Positions 49,407 to 59,411 of a stretch of 64,000 bases of DNA are shown piece after piece; position 1 is the first letter of the stretch; each line of letters opens with the position of its first letter. Location of the stretch: assembly GCA_964442075.1 (NCBI GenBank), contig CAYTWH010000008.1:1828-65827 (forward strand). Reading direction: 5' to 3'. The notes below the pieces were generated by a model. It had not been told where the DNA came from, made no database searches, and was given only the letters and a program-made list of their open reading frames with translations. The stretch comes from an uncultured Bacteroidales bacterium. Its GTDB lineage: Bacteria; Bacteroidota; Bacteroidia; Bacteroidales; CAYTAU01. The translations under genes and the position numbers were made by a program.

Positions 49407-51620
49407 ATGAAAATCATAATACAATTGATTTCAATAAAAAAACATGTACTTTTTGTTCTATTATTTTTAATAAGTTTTGCATTTTTCTCTCAAAATCCAA
49501 AAATTGACAGTTTAAAACAATTACTAGTCAACGCAAAAGACACATTAAGAATTGACGTATTAAATCAACTTACTTATGATGAAATGTATTCTGATCCTGC
49601 AAACAGTATTAAATGGTCTAAAGAAGCCTACTTGTTAGCTGATAGCCTTAATGATATAAAAAGAAAAAATACAGCTGCCACTAATCTTGGCATACTACAT
49701 ATTGAAAAAGGAAATTATAAAATTGCCAGAAAATATTATAATGATTTTTTGGAATATTCAATACAAGAACAAGACTCAATTAATATTGCACGTTCTTATG
49801 GTAATATTGGAAATACCTACTATCGTGAAGTTGTTGAAGACAAAGCTCTGGAAAATTATTGGAAAGCACTAAAAATATTTGAAGCTTTAAATCATGAAAA
49901 TGGTATAGCAATGACACATGCTACAATTGGAAATTTATATTTATTATTAGAAAAACATGATGAAGCATTAGAATATTACAAAACAGCTTATAAAATATTC
50001 GAAAAATTGGGGAAAAAAGGTGTTTGTGCTATAACGTCGATGAATATAGGTATTATTTATAAAAGAACCCGGCAAAATGAAAAAGCAATCTTATATTTTT
50101 CAAAAGCTTATAAAACCTTTAAAGAATTGGGATATAAAAGACATTTTGCTCAATGTCTTGCAAATATTGGAGATATTTATTTATTTAAAGAAGAATACAA
50201 CAATGCAATTAATGAATATAACCGGGCTTTAAAAGTTTTTAAAGAGTATGATTTTAAAGAAGATGTTATTCTTTGTATTTCCGGCATTGGTAAAGCATAT
50301 AAAAATCTTAATAAACCAAAATTAGCTATTGTTTTTTTTAAAGAAGCTTTGAAACTATCTAAAGGATTAAATTCAATTCAATATGAAGAAGGTGCAAATT
50401 ACTACCTATATTCAACATATAAAGATATTGGAGATTATAAAAACGCTCTATTGTCGCATGAAGAATATTTGCTAATTCACGATTCTATATACGATATTAC
50501 TGAACAGAAAAAATTATCCGAGTTAATGACGGAATTTGAAACAGAAAAAAAAGAAAAAGAAATTGAACTGTTAAATAAAGATAAAAAATTACAAAAATTA
50601 GAAATTGAAAAAAATCAGGCACAAATTAATAAACAACAAATTATTATTTATGTTGTTATAATTGGAATAATACTTATTCTTATATTTTTCATTGTTCTTT
50701 ACAAGCAATTTCGCGATAAAAAGAAAAAAAATATACAACTTGCTTTAAGAAATGAAGAAATATCACAACAAAAAGAAGAAATAGAAACTCAAAAAGATGA
50801 AATTGAATCGCAAAGAGATGCGATTTTTGATCAGAATAAAGATATTACAGACAGTATTGAATATGCAAAGCGTATTCAGAATGCAATGCTACCTGTCGAG
50901 AACGATTTTCACAACATTTTACCGGAAAGTTTTATTTTATTTCTTCCTCGTGATATTGTAAGTGGCGATTTTTACTGGTTTCATAAATATAACAATAAAA
51001 TTATTATTGCTGCTGCAGATTGCACAGGACATGGAGTACCCGGAGCTTTTATGAGTTTAATAGGAATTACATTTTTAAACGAAATTGTTATTGAAAAAAA
51101 CATCTTAAAACCTTCTGATATCCTTGATCTTTTAAGAAGAAATATAATTGATTCTCTTCATCAAACTAAAGTTGATTACAATAAAATTGAAAATATGTCA
51201 CAAATAGTTAAAGACGGAATGGATATTTCTGTTTGCACTATAGATACTGACAATAATATGGTAGAATTTGCCGGAGCACATAATCACTTATACATAATAA
51301 GAAACAATGAATTAGAAATATTTAAAGCAGACAGAATGCCTGTTAGTGTATCGCCAAAACAAGATGTGCCTTTTACAAACCACAGAATAAAAATTAATAA
51401 AGATGATATTTTATACCTATTTTCAGATGGTTATATTGACCAATTTGGAGGAGAATATGGTCATAAATTAAAATCGAAAAATTTCAAAAAACTGCTTTTA
51501 GAAATTCATAAGGAAAACATGAAGAAACAAAAAGAGATTCTTGAAAATAATTTTAATATCTGGAAAGGCGATTTAGCACAACTTGACGATGTACTAATAA
51601 TTGGTTTAAAAATTAAATGA
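49407..51620 (+). CDS. TPR-repeat / transmembrane / SpoIIE (PP2C)-family protein phosphatase
   Basis: N-terminal TPR-like repeats are followed by a TM helix (IIIYVVIIGIILILIFFIVL) and a coiled-coil region. The SpoIIE hallmark AADCTGHGVPGAFMS follows, and a later DG...D segment. Confidence 0.85.
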   Translation: MKIIIQLISIKKHVLFVLLFLISFAFFSQNPKIDSLKQLLVNAKDTLRIDVLNQLTYDEMYSDPANSIKWSKEAYLLADSLNDIKRKNTAATNLGILHIEKGNYKIARKYYNDFLEYSIQEQDSINIARSYGNIGNTYYREVVEDKALENYWKALKIFEALNHENGIAMTHATIGNLYLLLEKHDEALEYYKTAYKIFEKLGKKGVCAITSMNIGIIYKRTRQNEKAILYFSKAYKTFKELGYKRHFAQCLANIGDIYLFKEEYNNAINEYNRALKVFKEYDFKEDVILCISGIGKAYKNLNKPKLAIVFFKEALKLSKGLNSIQYEEGANYYLYSTYKDIGDYKNALLSHEEYLLIHDSIYDITEQKKLSELMTEFETEKKEKEIELLNKDKKLQKLEIEKNQAQINKQQIIIYVVIIGIILILIFFIVLYKQFRDKKKKNIQLALRNEEISQQKEEIETQKDEIESQRDAIFDQNKDITDSIEYAKRIQNAMLPVENDFHNILPESFILFLPRDIVSGDFYWFHKYNNKIIIAAADCTGHGVPGAFMSLIGITFLNEIVIEKNILKPSDILDLLRRNIIDSLHQTKVDYNKIENMSQIVKDGMDISVCTIDTDNNMVEFAGAHNHLYIIRNNELEIFKADRMPVSVSPKQDVPFTNHRIKINKDDILYLFSDGYIDQFGGEYGHKLKSKNFKKLLLEIHKENMKKQKEILENNFNIWKGDLAQLDDVLIIGLKIK

Positions 51621-51635
51621 AGAACATTTGTAAAT

Positions 51636-52163
51636 TTAATGTTCTAACATAAAAAACAATAGTGCTGTAACAGCAATTATTCCCAATACAATAAAAAAGA
51701 AATGTCTTGTTATTCTATGAGAATGTTTTTTACTTTCAAGATCCTTTTGACTAATTATCCAATTTATATTATTCTGAATTCTGGTAAAAGAATTCTCATT
51801 TTTTTTCACAAATGTAATTGCTCCATAATGCATTGCAGTTGTAACTATATTAACATCATCCATTCCCGATAACATAATTACCTCAATAGAAGGGTTTATT
51901 TCTTTAATTATTTTTAAAATTTCAATGCCGTTTTTTGAATCACTATTTTCATTACTATTTAAGTAATAATCAAGAATAACAATTTGATAAATATTTTTTT
52001 GGGTTTTCTTTTTTATAAGCTTATCAAGGAACTCTTCGCCTGTTTTATATGAATAAAATTCATAATTTGATGATGTGCTAAATTTTCCCTGAATAATTTT
52101 TAAATGAAATTCATCATCATCAATGAAATATAAAACAACTTTCTTTTCCTTTTTTTCAAACAT
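51636..52163 (-). CDS. Single-domain response-regulator receiver with a C-terminal transmembrane anchor
   Basis: The REC motifs are the acidic pocket FIDDDEF, the phospho-acceptor context IVILDYYL, MLSG and FVKK. The C-terminal hydrophobic helix is HFFFIVLGIIAVTALLFFML. Confidence 0.8.
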   Translation of the reverse strand: MFEKKEKKVVLYFIDDDEFHLKIIQGKFSTSSNYEFYSYKTGEEFLDKLIKKKTQKNIYQIVILDYYLNSNENSDSKNGIEILKIIKEINPSIEVIMLSGMDDVNIVTTAMHYGAITFVKKNENSFTRIQNNINWIISQKDLESKKHSHRITRHFFFIVLGIIAVTALLFFMLEH

Positions 52164-52206
52164 CCTTAAAGAAAATTAAATAACAAATCTAATCTTTTTA
52201 ACACAA

Positions 52207-53145
52207 TCAAATTACAAACTTATCACTTATTGATTTATAGTTATATACATTACTTATTACTTCCGAAAATATTTTCGCAATAGATAAAACTTTTATTTTA
52301 TCGCACTTTTTCTTAAGCGGAATAGTATCAGCAACCACTAATTCTAATAAAGATGATTCTTCAATTCTTTCATAAGCAGGTCCCGATAATACCGGATGAG
52401 TTATTATTGCTCTTACACTTTTGGCTCCTTTATCCATCATCATATCAGCAGCTTTAGTAATTGTTCCTGCTGTATCTACCATATCATCTAATATAATAAT
52501 GTTCCTGTCCTCAACATCACCAATAGCAGTCATTTCTCCAACAACATTAGCTTTTTCACGAGATTTATGACAAAATATCATTGGGGTATTAAAATATTTT
52601 GAGTATGCATTTACTCTTTTTGCTCCTCCCATATCGGGTGATGCCATAGATAAATTTTCTAAATTTAAACTTTTAATATATGGAACAAATATTGATGATG
52701 CATACAAATGGTCAACCGGCACATCAAAAAATCCTTGTATCTGATCGGCATGTAGATCCATTGTCATAACCCTGTCAACTCCTGCAGCACAAAGCAAATT
52801 TGCAACTAGTTTTGCGCCAATAGAAACTCTTGGCTTATCTTTCCTGTCTTGCCTGGCAAAACCAAAATAAGGAATCACTGCTACAATTTTATACGCAGAT
52901 GCTCTTCTTGCTGCATCAATTAATAACAGCAATTCAAAAAGATTTTCAGTTGGAGGAAAAGTAGATTGAATAATAAAAATTGTTGCTCCTCTAACAGACT
53001 CATCATAAGAAGGCTGGAATTCGCCATCCATAAATTTCAAAAATGAAGTTTTGCCTAATTTAATACCATAGTTTTCTGTTATCTTCTCTCCAATATTTTT
53101 TGAAGCAGAACAAGCAAAAACCTTAATAGGGGAATTTACTGACAT
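52207..53145 (-). CDS. prs: Ribose-phosphate pyrophosphokinase
   Basis: It has DLHADQIQGFFD and the PRPP-binding loop IIILDDMVDTAGT. The length is 312 aa. Confidence 0.95.
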   Translation of the reverse strand: MSVNSPIKVFACSASKNIGEKITENYGIKLGKTSFLKFMDGEFQPSYDESVRGATIFIIQSTFPPTENLFELLLLIDAARRASAYKIVAVIPYFGFARQDRKDKPRVSIGAKLVANLLCAAGVDRVMTMDLHADQIQGFFDVPVDHLYASSIFVPYIKSLNLENLSMASPDMGGAKRVNAYSKYFNTPMIFCHKSREKANVVGEMTAIGDVEDRNIIILDDMVDTAGTITKAADMMMDKGAKSVRAIITHPVLSGPAYERIEESSLLELVVADTIPLKKKCDKIKVLSIAKIFSEVISNVYNYKSISDKFVI

Positions 53146-53227
53146 TGTTTAATATTTTTTATTTATAAAGGTATAAATTAACAAATAATAATATTAATTA
53201 AAAAAAAATGATTTGAATTTTTATGCA

Positions 53228-53830
53228 CTATATTTTAACAGTTTTATTTGTTTCTTCAATAAAATCAAGAATTTCATCTTTCCCTGTTTTTTTAACAGAA
53301 GATGTTACAATCATGCGTGGGTGTTCTTGCCAGATTTCCAGTAATTTATTTTTATAAATACTAATATTTTTTTCAAGTTCTGAAGAAGTTAATTTATCTG
53401 ATTTTGTAAAAGCTATTATAAATGGAATTTCCATTTCTCCTAAGCGATTTATAAATTCCAGATCACTTTGAATTGGATTATGCCTAATATCAATTAGAAG
53501 AAAAATATTTATTAAATTTTTTCTTCTATTAATATATGCATTAATAAACTTATGCCATTTTGCTCTTTCAACTTTTGATGCTTTTGCGTATCCGTACCCC
53601 GGTAAGTCAACAATATACCAATTTTTATTTATAAGAAAATGATTTATTAATCTTGTTTTGCCAGGTGTTGAAGATGTTTTAGCAAGTTTTTTATGATTAG
53701 TGAGCATGTTTATTAAAGAAGATTTACCAACATTTGACCTGCCAATAAAAGCATACTCAGGCATAACAGGCTCAGGCAATTTTTTTAAGTCGGTATTACT
53801 AATAACAAATTCTGCCGTTTTGATTATCAT
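53228..53830 (-). CDS. engB: Ribosome biogenesis GTP-binding protein EngB/YsxC
   Basis: It has G1 GRSNVGKSSLIN, G3 DLPGYGYA and G4 TKSDK. The length is about 200 aa. Confidence 0.9.
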   Translation of the reverse strand: MIIKTAEFVISNTDLKKLPEPVMPEYAFIGRSNVGKSSLINMLTNHKKLAKTSSTPGKTRLINHFLINKNWYIVDLPGYGYAKASKVERAKWHKFINAYINRRKNLINIFLLIDIRHNPIQSDLEFINRLGEMEIPFIIAFTKSDKLTSSELEKNISIYKNKLLEIWQEHPRMIVTSSVKKTGKDEILDFIEETNKTVKI

Positions 53831-53847
53831 TTTCTTGTTAAATTTTC

Positions 53848-53876
53848 AAAAAAAAAGCTCCGAAATTTCGGAGCTT
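53848..53876 (-). terminator. Rho-independent terminator (perfect 10-bp palindrome plus T-run)
   Basis: The sequence is AGCTCCGAAA/TTTCGGAGCT, flanked on the plus strand by nine A. On the minus strand this is a hairpin followed by nine T, downstream of the 53898..55874 gene. Confidence 0.7.
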
Positions 53877-53897
53877 TTTAATACAATAAATTATATT

Positions 53898-55874
53898 TTA
53901 TTTAACTAAAGTAATTTTCTGTGTTGAGATACCTTGATCTGCAACAACTTTTACAATGTAATTACCATTAGATAAATCAGAAATATCAATTTTGTTGATA
54001 TTTTGTTCAACTGTTTTTACAATATCTCCCATAATATTATAAATATAAACAGTAGCATTATCTGCATTAGCAATATTTAAAATACCTGTTGTTGGGTTTG
54101 GAAACATCTTTACATTTTCTAATTTTGAAATTGTAGCAACATCTACAGTAATACAAGGCTGAAATATAGCATGCAACATCATGCTTTTTTCATAATTTCC
54201 GAATCTTGCAAAATCAGCATCTGAGGGCTGTTTCCAAAAAGTTGCCATTGAACTTTGTGGAGATGCACCATCTTCACCAACATAAAAATCGCCACCATTA
54301 TATGCAGTTATTTCAAGAACTGCTAAATAAAATCCTTCTGCTAAATATTCTGAAAATCCATCTGTTTGTAAATCAAGAGTTACCCATTGTGAAGAATCTG
54401 TTGGCTGAATATCATAATAATCAGTAGTAAGTATCTCACTGAAAGTACCTGCTCCTCCATCATACATGGAAATTGCACCTCTAATTGTTGGTGGTGTTCC
54501 TGTAAAGGTAGTTTGTGAATGAACATAAAATCGAAGTGACTTTATTTCACCTGGTGTTGTCGCACCCGTGCATGCTCCTGCTGTATCATTATTTATATCA
54601 AAAGAAGAAGCAAACATATCTCCGTCAGTTCCCCAACCAGACCAATCGGATGGACTAACTCTACCTGTTAAAATACCACCATCACGTGCATAAACGGTGT
54701 CTGTTACTTCAAAAGTACGAGATGCAGAATCATTTGCAGGAATATTGTCAACAGCATCCATAAAAATACTATATGAAAATTCATAAGTACCAAATTCATC
54801 AGCATTAAATGCTGTTGGCAACCAAGCAGAGCCAGGTATATCTACACCAAGAGTAATTGTATCTCTTGCTAAGCTGGCTAAACTAACTACAGGATACTCT
54901 GCAGCACTGTTTTCTGAATAGTAAGGAGCTCCAAAATGTGTAACATCTACATTTAAACCTACATTTGCTGCAGCAGTATTACCATTATTATAAACTGCGG
55001 CTCTAAATGCCATTGGCATATACCTACTTTGTGTTAATGGTATTTGTCCGTACCAACCATTTTCTAATGAAAAAACATCAGCATAATCTTTTTCTAAAAC
55101 AATGTCATCAGCATATCCTTCAACAAACTCAACATCATCAATCATCCAGTAATAATGACTAACTCCAAGCATATGAAATCTAACATAAACAGTTGATTCA
55201 CCACCTGCAATATTAGAAATATTAATTTCAACCTGAGTAACATCAAGATAACTGCCAGGAACATGATCATTTATGAAACCAAAAGGTGAACCTACTTCAA
55301 AAGCAGTCCAGGTAGTACCATCATTACTAACTTCAACAAACAAATCGTCAGTTGCATCCCAAATACAACAACATCTAAATCTTTGTTGGTAAGTTAAAAT
55401 GACTGATGATTCTGCTGAAAGATCGATAGCATCAGTTTGGATATAAGAATCCTGATCTACAACGGTACCAACAATTACACCTGTTCCTTGGTCGGTATTA
55501 TAGTTATCTGCTTGAAATAACATAAAACCATTTGCACTTGTTGTTGATGCAATAGCATCAATTGGGTCATCCCAATTTGGATTTCCTGTATAAGCACCAA
55601 TAGGACCAATATCAGACCAAATCCATACATAGCTATTTCCTGTATTGTCTGTTGTTGTCCAACCAGCAGGTAAAGCAGCATTAAAGTCGTAAGAGTAAAT
55701 TACATCACCCGGAGCTTTTGTCTGTGATGTTGGCGAGTTCTGATAAAATTTAACATTTTCTTTGTTAAGATTTTTCACAACTTTCTCAGCAGGGAAAGTA
55801 TTAGCCTGTTGAGCATAAGTAAAACTAGCTATTAAAAACATAGCCATAATAAAAGTAATCTTTTTCATAATCAT
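53898..55874 (-). CDS. Secreted hypothetical protein with a T9SS type-A CTD
   Basis: It has a signal peptide (ITFIMAMFLIASFTYAQ) and the C-terminus KMFPNPTTGILNIAN...GNYIVKV. Confidence 0.85.
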   Translation of the reverse strand: MIMKKITFIMAMFLIASFTYAQQANTFPAEKVVKNLNKENVKFYQNSPTSQTKAPGDVIYSYDFNAALPAGWTTTDNTGNSYVWIWSDIGPIGAYTGNPNWDDPIDAIASTTSANGFMLFQADNYNTDQGTGVIVGTVVDQDSYIQTDAIDLSAESSVILTYQQRFRCCCIWDATDDLFVEVSNDGTTWTAFEVGSPFGFINDHVPGSYLDVTQVEINISNIAGGESTVYVRFHMLGVSHYYWMIDDVEFVEGYADDIVLEKDYADVFSLENGWYGQIPLTQSRYMPMAFRAAVYNNGNTAAANVGLNVDVTHFGAPYYSENSAAEYPVVSLASLARDTITLGVDIPGSAWLPTAFNADEFGTYEFSYSIFMDAVDNIPANDSASRTFEVTDTVYARDGGILTGRVSPSDWSGWGTDGDMFASSFDINNDTAGACTGATTPGEIKSLRFYVHSQTTFTGTPPTIRGAISMYDGGAGTFSEILTTDYYDIQPTDSSQWVTLDLQTDGFSEYLAEGFYLAVLEITAYNGGDFYVGEDGASPQSSMATFWKQPSDADFARFGNYEKSMMLHAIFQPCITVDVATISKLENVKMFPNPTTGILNIANADNATVYIYNIMGDIVKTVEQNINKIDISDLSNGNYIVKVVADQGISTQKITLVK

Positions 55875-56013
55875 CTAATTTTAGTTATTAATTTAAAAAA
55901 ACAAAAGTATAATTTTTTTATTGAAAAAAAAACTATTGTAATTTAATGACGCAAGTTTTTATAATAAGGTTGCATTTTCTTTTAAAAAAATTAGATAATA
56001 TCAAGTATTTATT

Positions 56014-56021
56014 TACTTTTG
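56014..56021 (+). promoter_or_regulatory. Candidate -7 promoter element (TACTTTTG)
   Basis: It matches TAnnTTTG 37 nt upstream of the ATG at 56058. It overlaps the TTG start listed for the ORF, which argues for the downstream ATG. Confidence 0.35.
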
Positions 56022-56057
56022 CATGTTTTCAAACATAATGTTTATAAAATTATTTTC

Positions 56058-56756
56058 ATGATAAATAGTAGCAAGTCAAAGAATTGCATTTACGGATCTA
56101 AATCCGTTTTCAATGTCCTATCTGAAGAAGAAAAAGAAGAATTATCAAAAAAATTAATAATTACTTCTTATAAAAAAAATGAAGTAATATATAAAGAAGG
56201 TGATAAACCTTGTGGCTTAATGTGCCTTTCGGAAGGAAAAGTAAAAATATTTAAAGAAGGTGTTGGAGGTAGAGATCAAATAGTACGCATGGCAAAACCT
56301 GTTGGTTTTATTGGCTATAGAGCATTATTTGCTGAAGAAAATTATATAGCATCAGCAATAGCAATTGAAGATTCTATTGCATGTATTATAGAAAAAACCA
56401 GTCTTTTTAAAATATTAAAATCCAATCCTGAATTTTCTTTAGTAATAATTCGCTCTCTTGCAAGAGAATTAGGATTTTCAAATAGTAGAACCATTACTCT
56501 AACTCAAAAACATATTCGTGGAAGATTAGCCGAATCATTATTATTTCTAAAAGATACTTATGGATTCGAAGAAAATGGTAAAACAATAAAAATTTATCTT
56601 TCACGAGAAGATATTGCAAATTTATCTAATATGACAACAGCAAATGCAATTAGAACTCTTTCAATTTTTGCAAATGAAAAAGTTATAAGTATTGATGGTA
56701 GAAAAATATCAATAAATAATATTGTAGAACTTGAAAAAATAAGCGAATTAGGATAA
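56058..56756 (+). CDS. Crp/Fnr-family transcriptional regulator
   Basis: It has a cNMP-binding-like N-domain (...YKEGDKPCGLMCLSEGKVKIF...) and a C-terminal HTH (SREDIANLSNMTTANAIRTLSIF). Confidence 0.85.
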   Translation: MINSSKSKNCIYGSKSVFNVLSEEEKEELSKKLIITSYKKNEVIYKEGDKPCGLMCLSEGKVKIFKEGVGGRDQIVRMAKPVGFIGYRALFAEENYIASAIAIEDSIACIIEKTSLFKILKSNPEFSLVIIRSLARELGFSNSRTITLTQKHIRGRLAESLLFLKDTYGFEENGKTIKIYLSREDIANLSNMTTANAIRTLSIFANEKVISIDGRKISINNIVELEKISELG

Positions 56757-56827
56757 TTATTCAAAATCTCTTTGATAGTAAATTGTATAAAATATAATAT
56801 CATAAAAACCCGATATTACAATTACAA

Positions 56828-57343
56828 ATGAAAGCTTTATTAACTTTTTTCATATCTCTATTCTTTTTTTTCAACATTATTTCATTAAAAAGTCAGGAAG
56901 ATAAAAGTAAATATTATTTAGGATTTAATCTTGTACAAACCATGTCAGGTGAAATGGTTCATTATGGAATTGCTCGTGTTTTTACAGATGGAGAAGTTGA
57001 AATTACATATATTACCAGAAGAAATTTCTTGCTTCAGATTACCGGCCAACAAATCTCTAAAGCTAATCCTAACAAAGAAGATTTTTTTGAGACACACAAA
57101 ATTAATTATCTTATAATAAATAATTTATGGATGATAAAATATTCTGAATATCCATATAGAAGTCAGGATTATGAATTTGGTTGGGCTAAAAAATCTTATA
57201 AACCTTCCGATACACAAATGAAATTTCTTAAAAAATATGGATTTAAGCATATCAACAGTTTTATATATGGTGACAATGCATTTCGTTTATTAAAAGATAT
57301 GATGAGTTTAGAATGGGTAAATAATTACAAAAGTTTAGAATAA
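56828..57343 (+). CDS. Hypothetical secreted protein
   Basis: It has a signal peptide (LLTFFISLFFFFNIISLKSQ). I recognised no motif. Confidence 0.6.
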   Translation: MKALLTFFISLFFFFNIISLKSQEDKSKYYLGFNLVQTMSGEMVHYGIARVFTDGEVEITYITRRNFLLQITGQQISKANPNKEDFFETHKINYLIINNLWMIKYSEYPYRSQDYEFGWAKKSYKPSDTQMKFLKKYGFKHINSFIYGDNAFRLLKDMMSLEWVNNYKSLE

Positions 57344-57408
57344 AAAATTGCTTAAGCAGTTTCTAATAATATTATATGAATGTTCGTTTATGTACCTAAA
57401 ATTTGGTT

Positions 57409-57494
57409 TGATTTTCTTCATTTATCCCATCCCTAAGGTGTGTGAAGAAAATCAATTTGCTCCCTTTAGGGTTTGGGGTAAACAAATTGATTTT
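57409..57494 (+). other. Two overlapping, mutually exclusive 12-bp stem-loops in the 5' region of the Omp85-family gene
   Basis: TGATTTTCTTCA (57409-57420) pairs perfectly with TGAAGAAAATCA (57443-57454). AAAATCAATTTG (57448-57459) pairs perfectly with CAAATTGATTTT (57483-57494). The two stems share 7 nt. Confidence 0.6.
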
Positions 57495-57557
57495 TAGAAT
57501 CTTATTAAAATATTTAGATATTAATACGGATACTCATTTAATAATACATATAATATA

Positions 57558-59330
57558 ATGATTCTTAATCTTATATTTAAAACATTGCTTTTGAGTAAAA
57601 AAAATATTAAAATATTAATTTTATTACTTCTGATATCACATAATATCACCGCTCAAAAAAATAAAATACATTTACAAATTATTACAAACGATCAAGACAT
57701 TGATCTTAATAGAAAATATTTAAACAAAACATTTAACGATACACTTGTAATTTATAAAGAAATTAATTCTATCAAAAACGAGTTAATTAACGATGCTTAT
57801 ATTTTGGCATCGCTTGATAGTATTATTAATGATTCTACAATAATAAAAGCGTATTTTCATATTGGAGAACAATATAAATGGGGTAATTTTTCTCTGCTAA
57901 ATTTCGAGAATTTTATTTTGCGAAAATTAAATATCAATTATAAAAAAATAAATAAAAAAACCATTAACATCAACAAACTGAACAACACTATTGAAAAATT
58001 GCTTCAGTATTATGAAAACAATGGATACCCTTTTGCTGAGATTTATTTGGAAAATATAAAGATAAAAAACGACAGTGTGTTTGCTGATTTACAAATTTCA
58101 AAAAATAATTTAATAAAAATTGACAGCATAATTATAAAAGGAAATGCAAAGATATCTGACAATTATATTCAAAAACATATTGGAATTAATCAAGGAGATT
58201 TTTACAACGAAAAAAAAATAATTGCTGTAGAAAATAAATTAAAAGAACTCATATTCATAAAGCAAATAAGAAGTTCTGAAGTTGGTTTTGGCAAAAAAAA
58301 TTCTAAAATATATTTATATATAGACGATAAAAAAGCAAATCAATTCAATGGAATACTTGGTATAGTTCCAAATGACAAAACAACAGGTAAATTATTGTTA
58401 ACAGGAGAATTAAGATTGTTTTTAATTAACTCCTTTAAAAAAGGTGAAATTATTTCCTTCAATTGGAAAAAACTTGAATCATTATCACAAAATTTAGATG
58501 CAAAATTTATGTATCCTTTCCTATTTGATAAACCAGTTGGCATTGATGCAACATTTGCTTTAATAAAAAAAGATACCAGCTATTTAAATGTAAACAGTAA
58601 TTTAGGCTTACTCTTTCTAATAGATGGAACAAATTATATAAAAGGATATATTGAAAACAAAAACTCATCATTAATTTCCACTGCCGGGTTAGAATATACC
58701 ACCACCCTACCCCAATATGCTGACATAAATACTACATTGTATGGGATTGGTATCTATACTGAATATCTTGATTACAAATTCAATCCTCGCAAAGGGTTTT
58801 CACTTATTATGAATATTGGCGCAGGAAATAAAGAAATTAAGAAAAATAATAATATCAATCCTGAAATTTATGAAGATATTGACCTAAACACACAACAATT
58901 AGAAGGACAAATTGATGTATCTGTTTTTGCACCTATTTCTCAAAACACAGTAATTAAATTTAGAAATCATTCAGGATACATGTATAGTAATACATTATTT
59001 GAAAATGAATTATTTAAAATAGGGGGTTTAAAAATACTTCGTGGATTTGATGAAGAATCTGTTTTTGCATCAGCTTTTTCAATAAGCACAATTGAATATC
59101 GTCTTATAATAGAACAAAACAGCACCATATATGCTTTTATTGATGGAGGATTTTATGAAAAAGATATAAACAAATATGTTTCAGATACACCATTTGGATT
59201 TGGATTTGGGTTAGATTTTGAAACAAAAGCAGGAATTTTCACTATAAACTATGCACTTGGAAAACAATTTGATAATCCAATAGAATTTCGTTCTGCAAAA
59301 ATTCATTTTGGATTTGTAAATAGATTTTAA
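57558..59330 (+). CDS. Omp85/BamA-TamA-family outer-membrane protein
   Basis: It has a signal peptide, a POTRA-like N-terminal region, and a C-terminal beta-barrel with alternating pattern that ends ...KIHFGFVNRF. Confidence 0.75.
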   Translation: MILNLIFKTLLLSKKNIKILILLLLISHNITAQKNKIHLQIITNDQDIDLNRKYLNKTFNDTLVIYKEINSIKNELINDAYILASLDSIINDSTIIKAYFHIGEQYKWGNFSLLNFENFILRKLNINYKKINKKTININKLNNTIEKLLQYYENNGYPFAEIYLENIKIKNDSVFADLQISKNNLIKIDSIIIKGNAKISDNYIQKHIGINQGDFYNEKKIIAVENKLKELIFIKQIRSSEVGFGKKNSKIYLYIDDKKANQFNGILGIVPNDKTTGKLLLTGELRLFLINSFKKGEIISFNWKKLESLSQNLDAKFMYPFLFDKPVGIDATFALIKKDTSYLNVNSNLGLLFLIDGTNYIKGYIENKNSSLISTAGLEYTTTLPQYADINTTLYGIGIYTEYLDYKFNPRKGFSLIMNIGAGNKEIKKNNNINPEIYEDIDLNTQQLEGQIDVSVFAPISQNTVIKFRNHSGYMYSNTLFENELFKIGGLKILRGFDEESVFASAFSISTIEYRLIIEQNSTIYAFIDGGFYEKDINKYVSDTPFGFGFGLDFETKAGIFTINYALGKQFDNPIEFRSAKIHFGFVNRF

Positions 59331-59372
59331 TAAATAAAAAAATATAATATTGTTTAAGAAATAAAGTTTTTA

Positions 59373-59380
59373 TACTTTTG
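59373..59380 (+). promoter_or_regulatory. Candidate -7 promoter element (TACTTTTG) for rplU-rpmA
   Basis: It matches TAnnTTTG 32 nt upstream of the rplU ATG. Confidence 0.4.
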
Positions 59381-59411
59381 CAGTCCTAAATTTTGTAAAA
59401 TTTTATATAAA

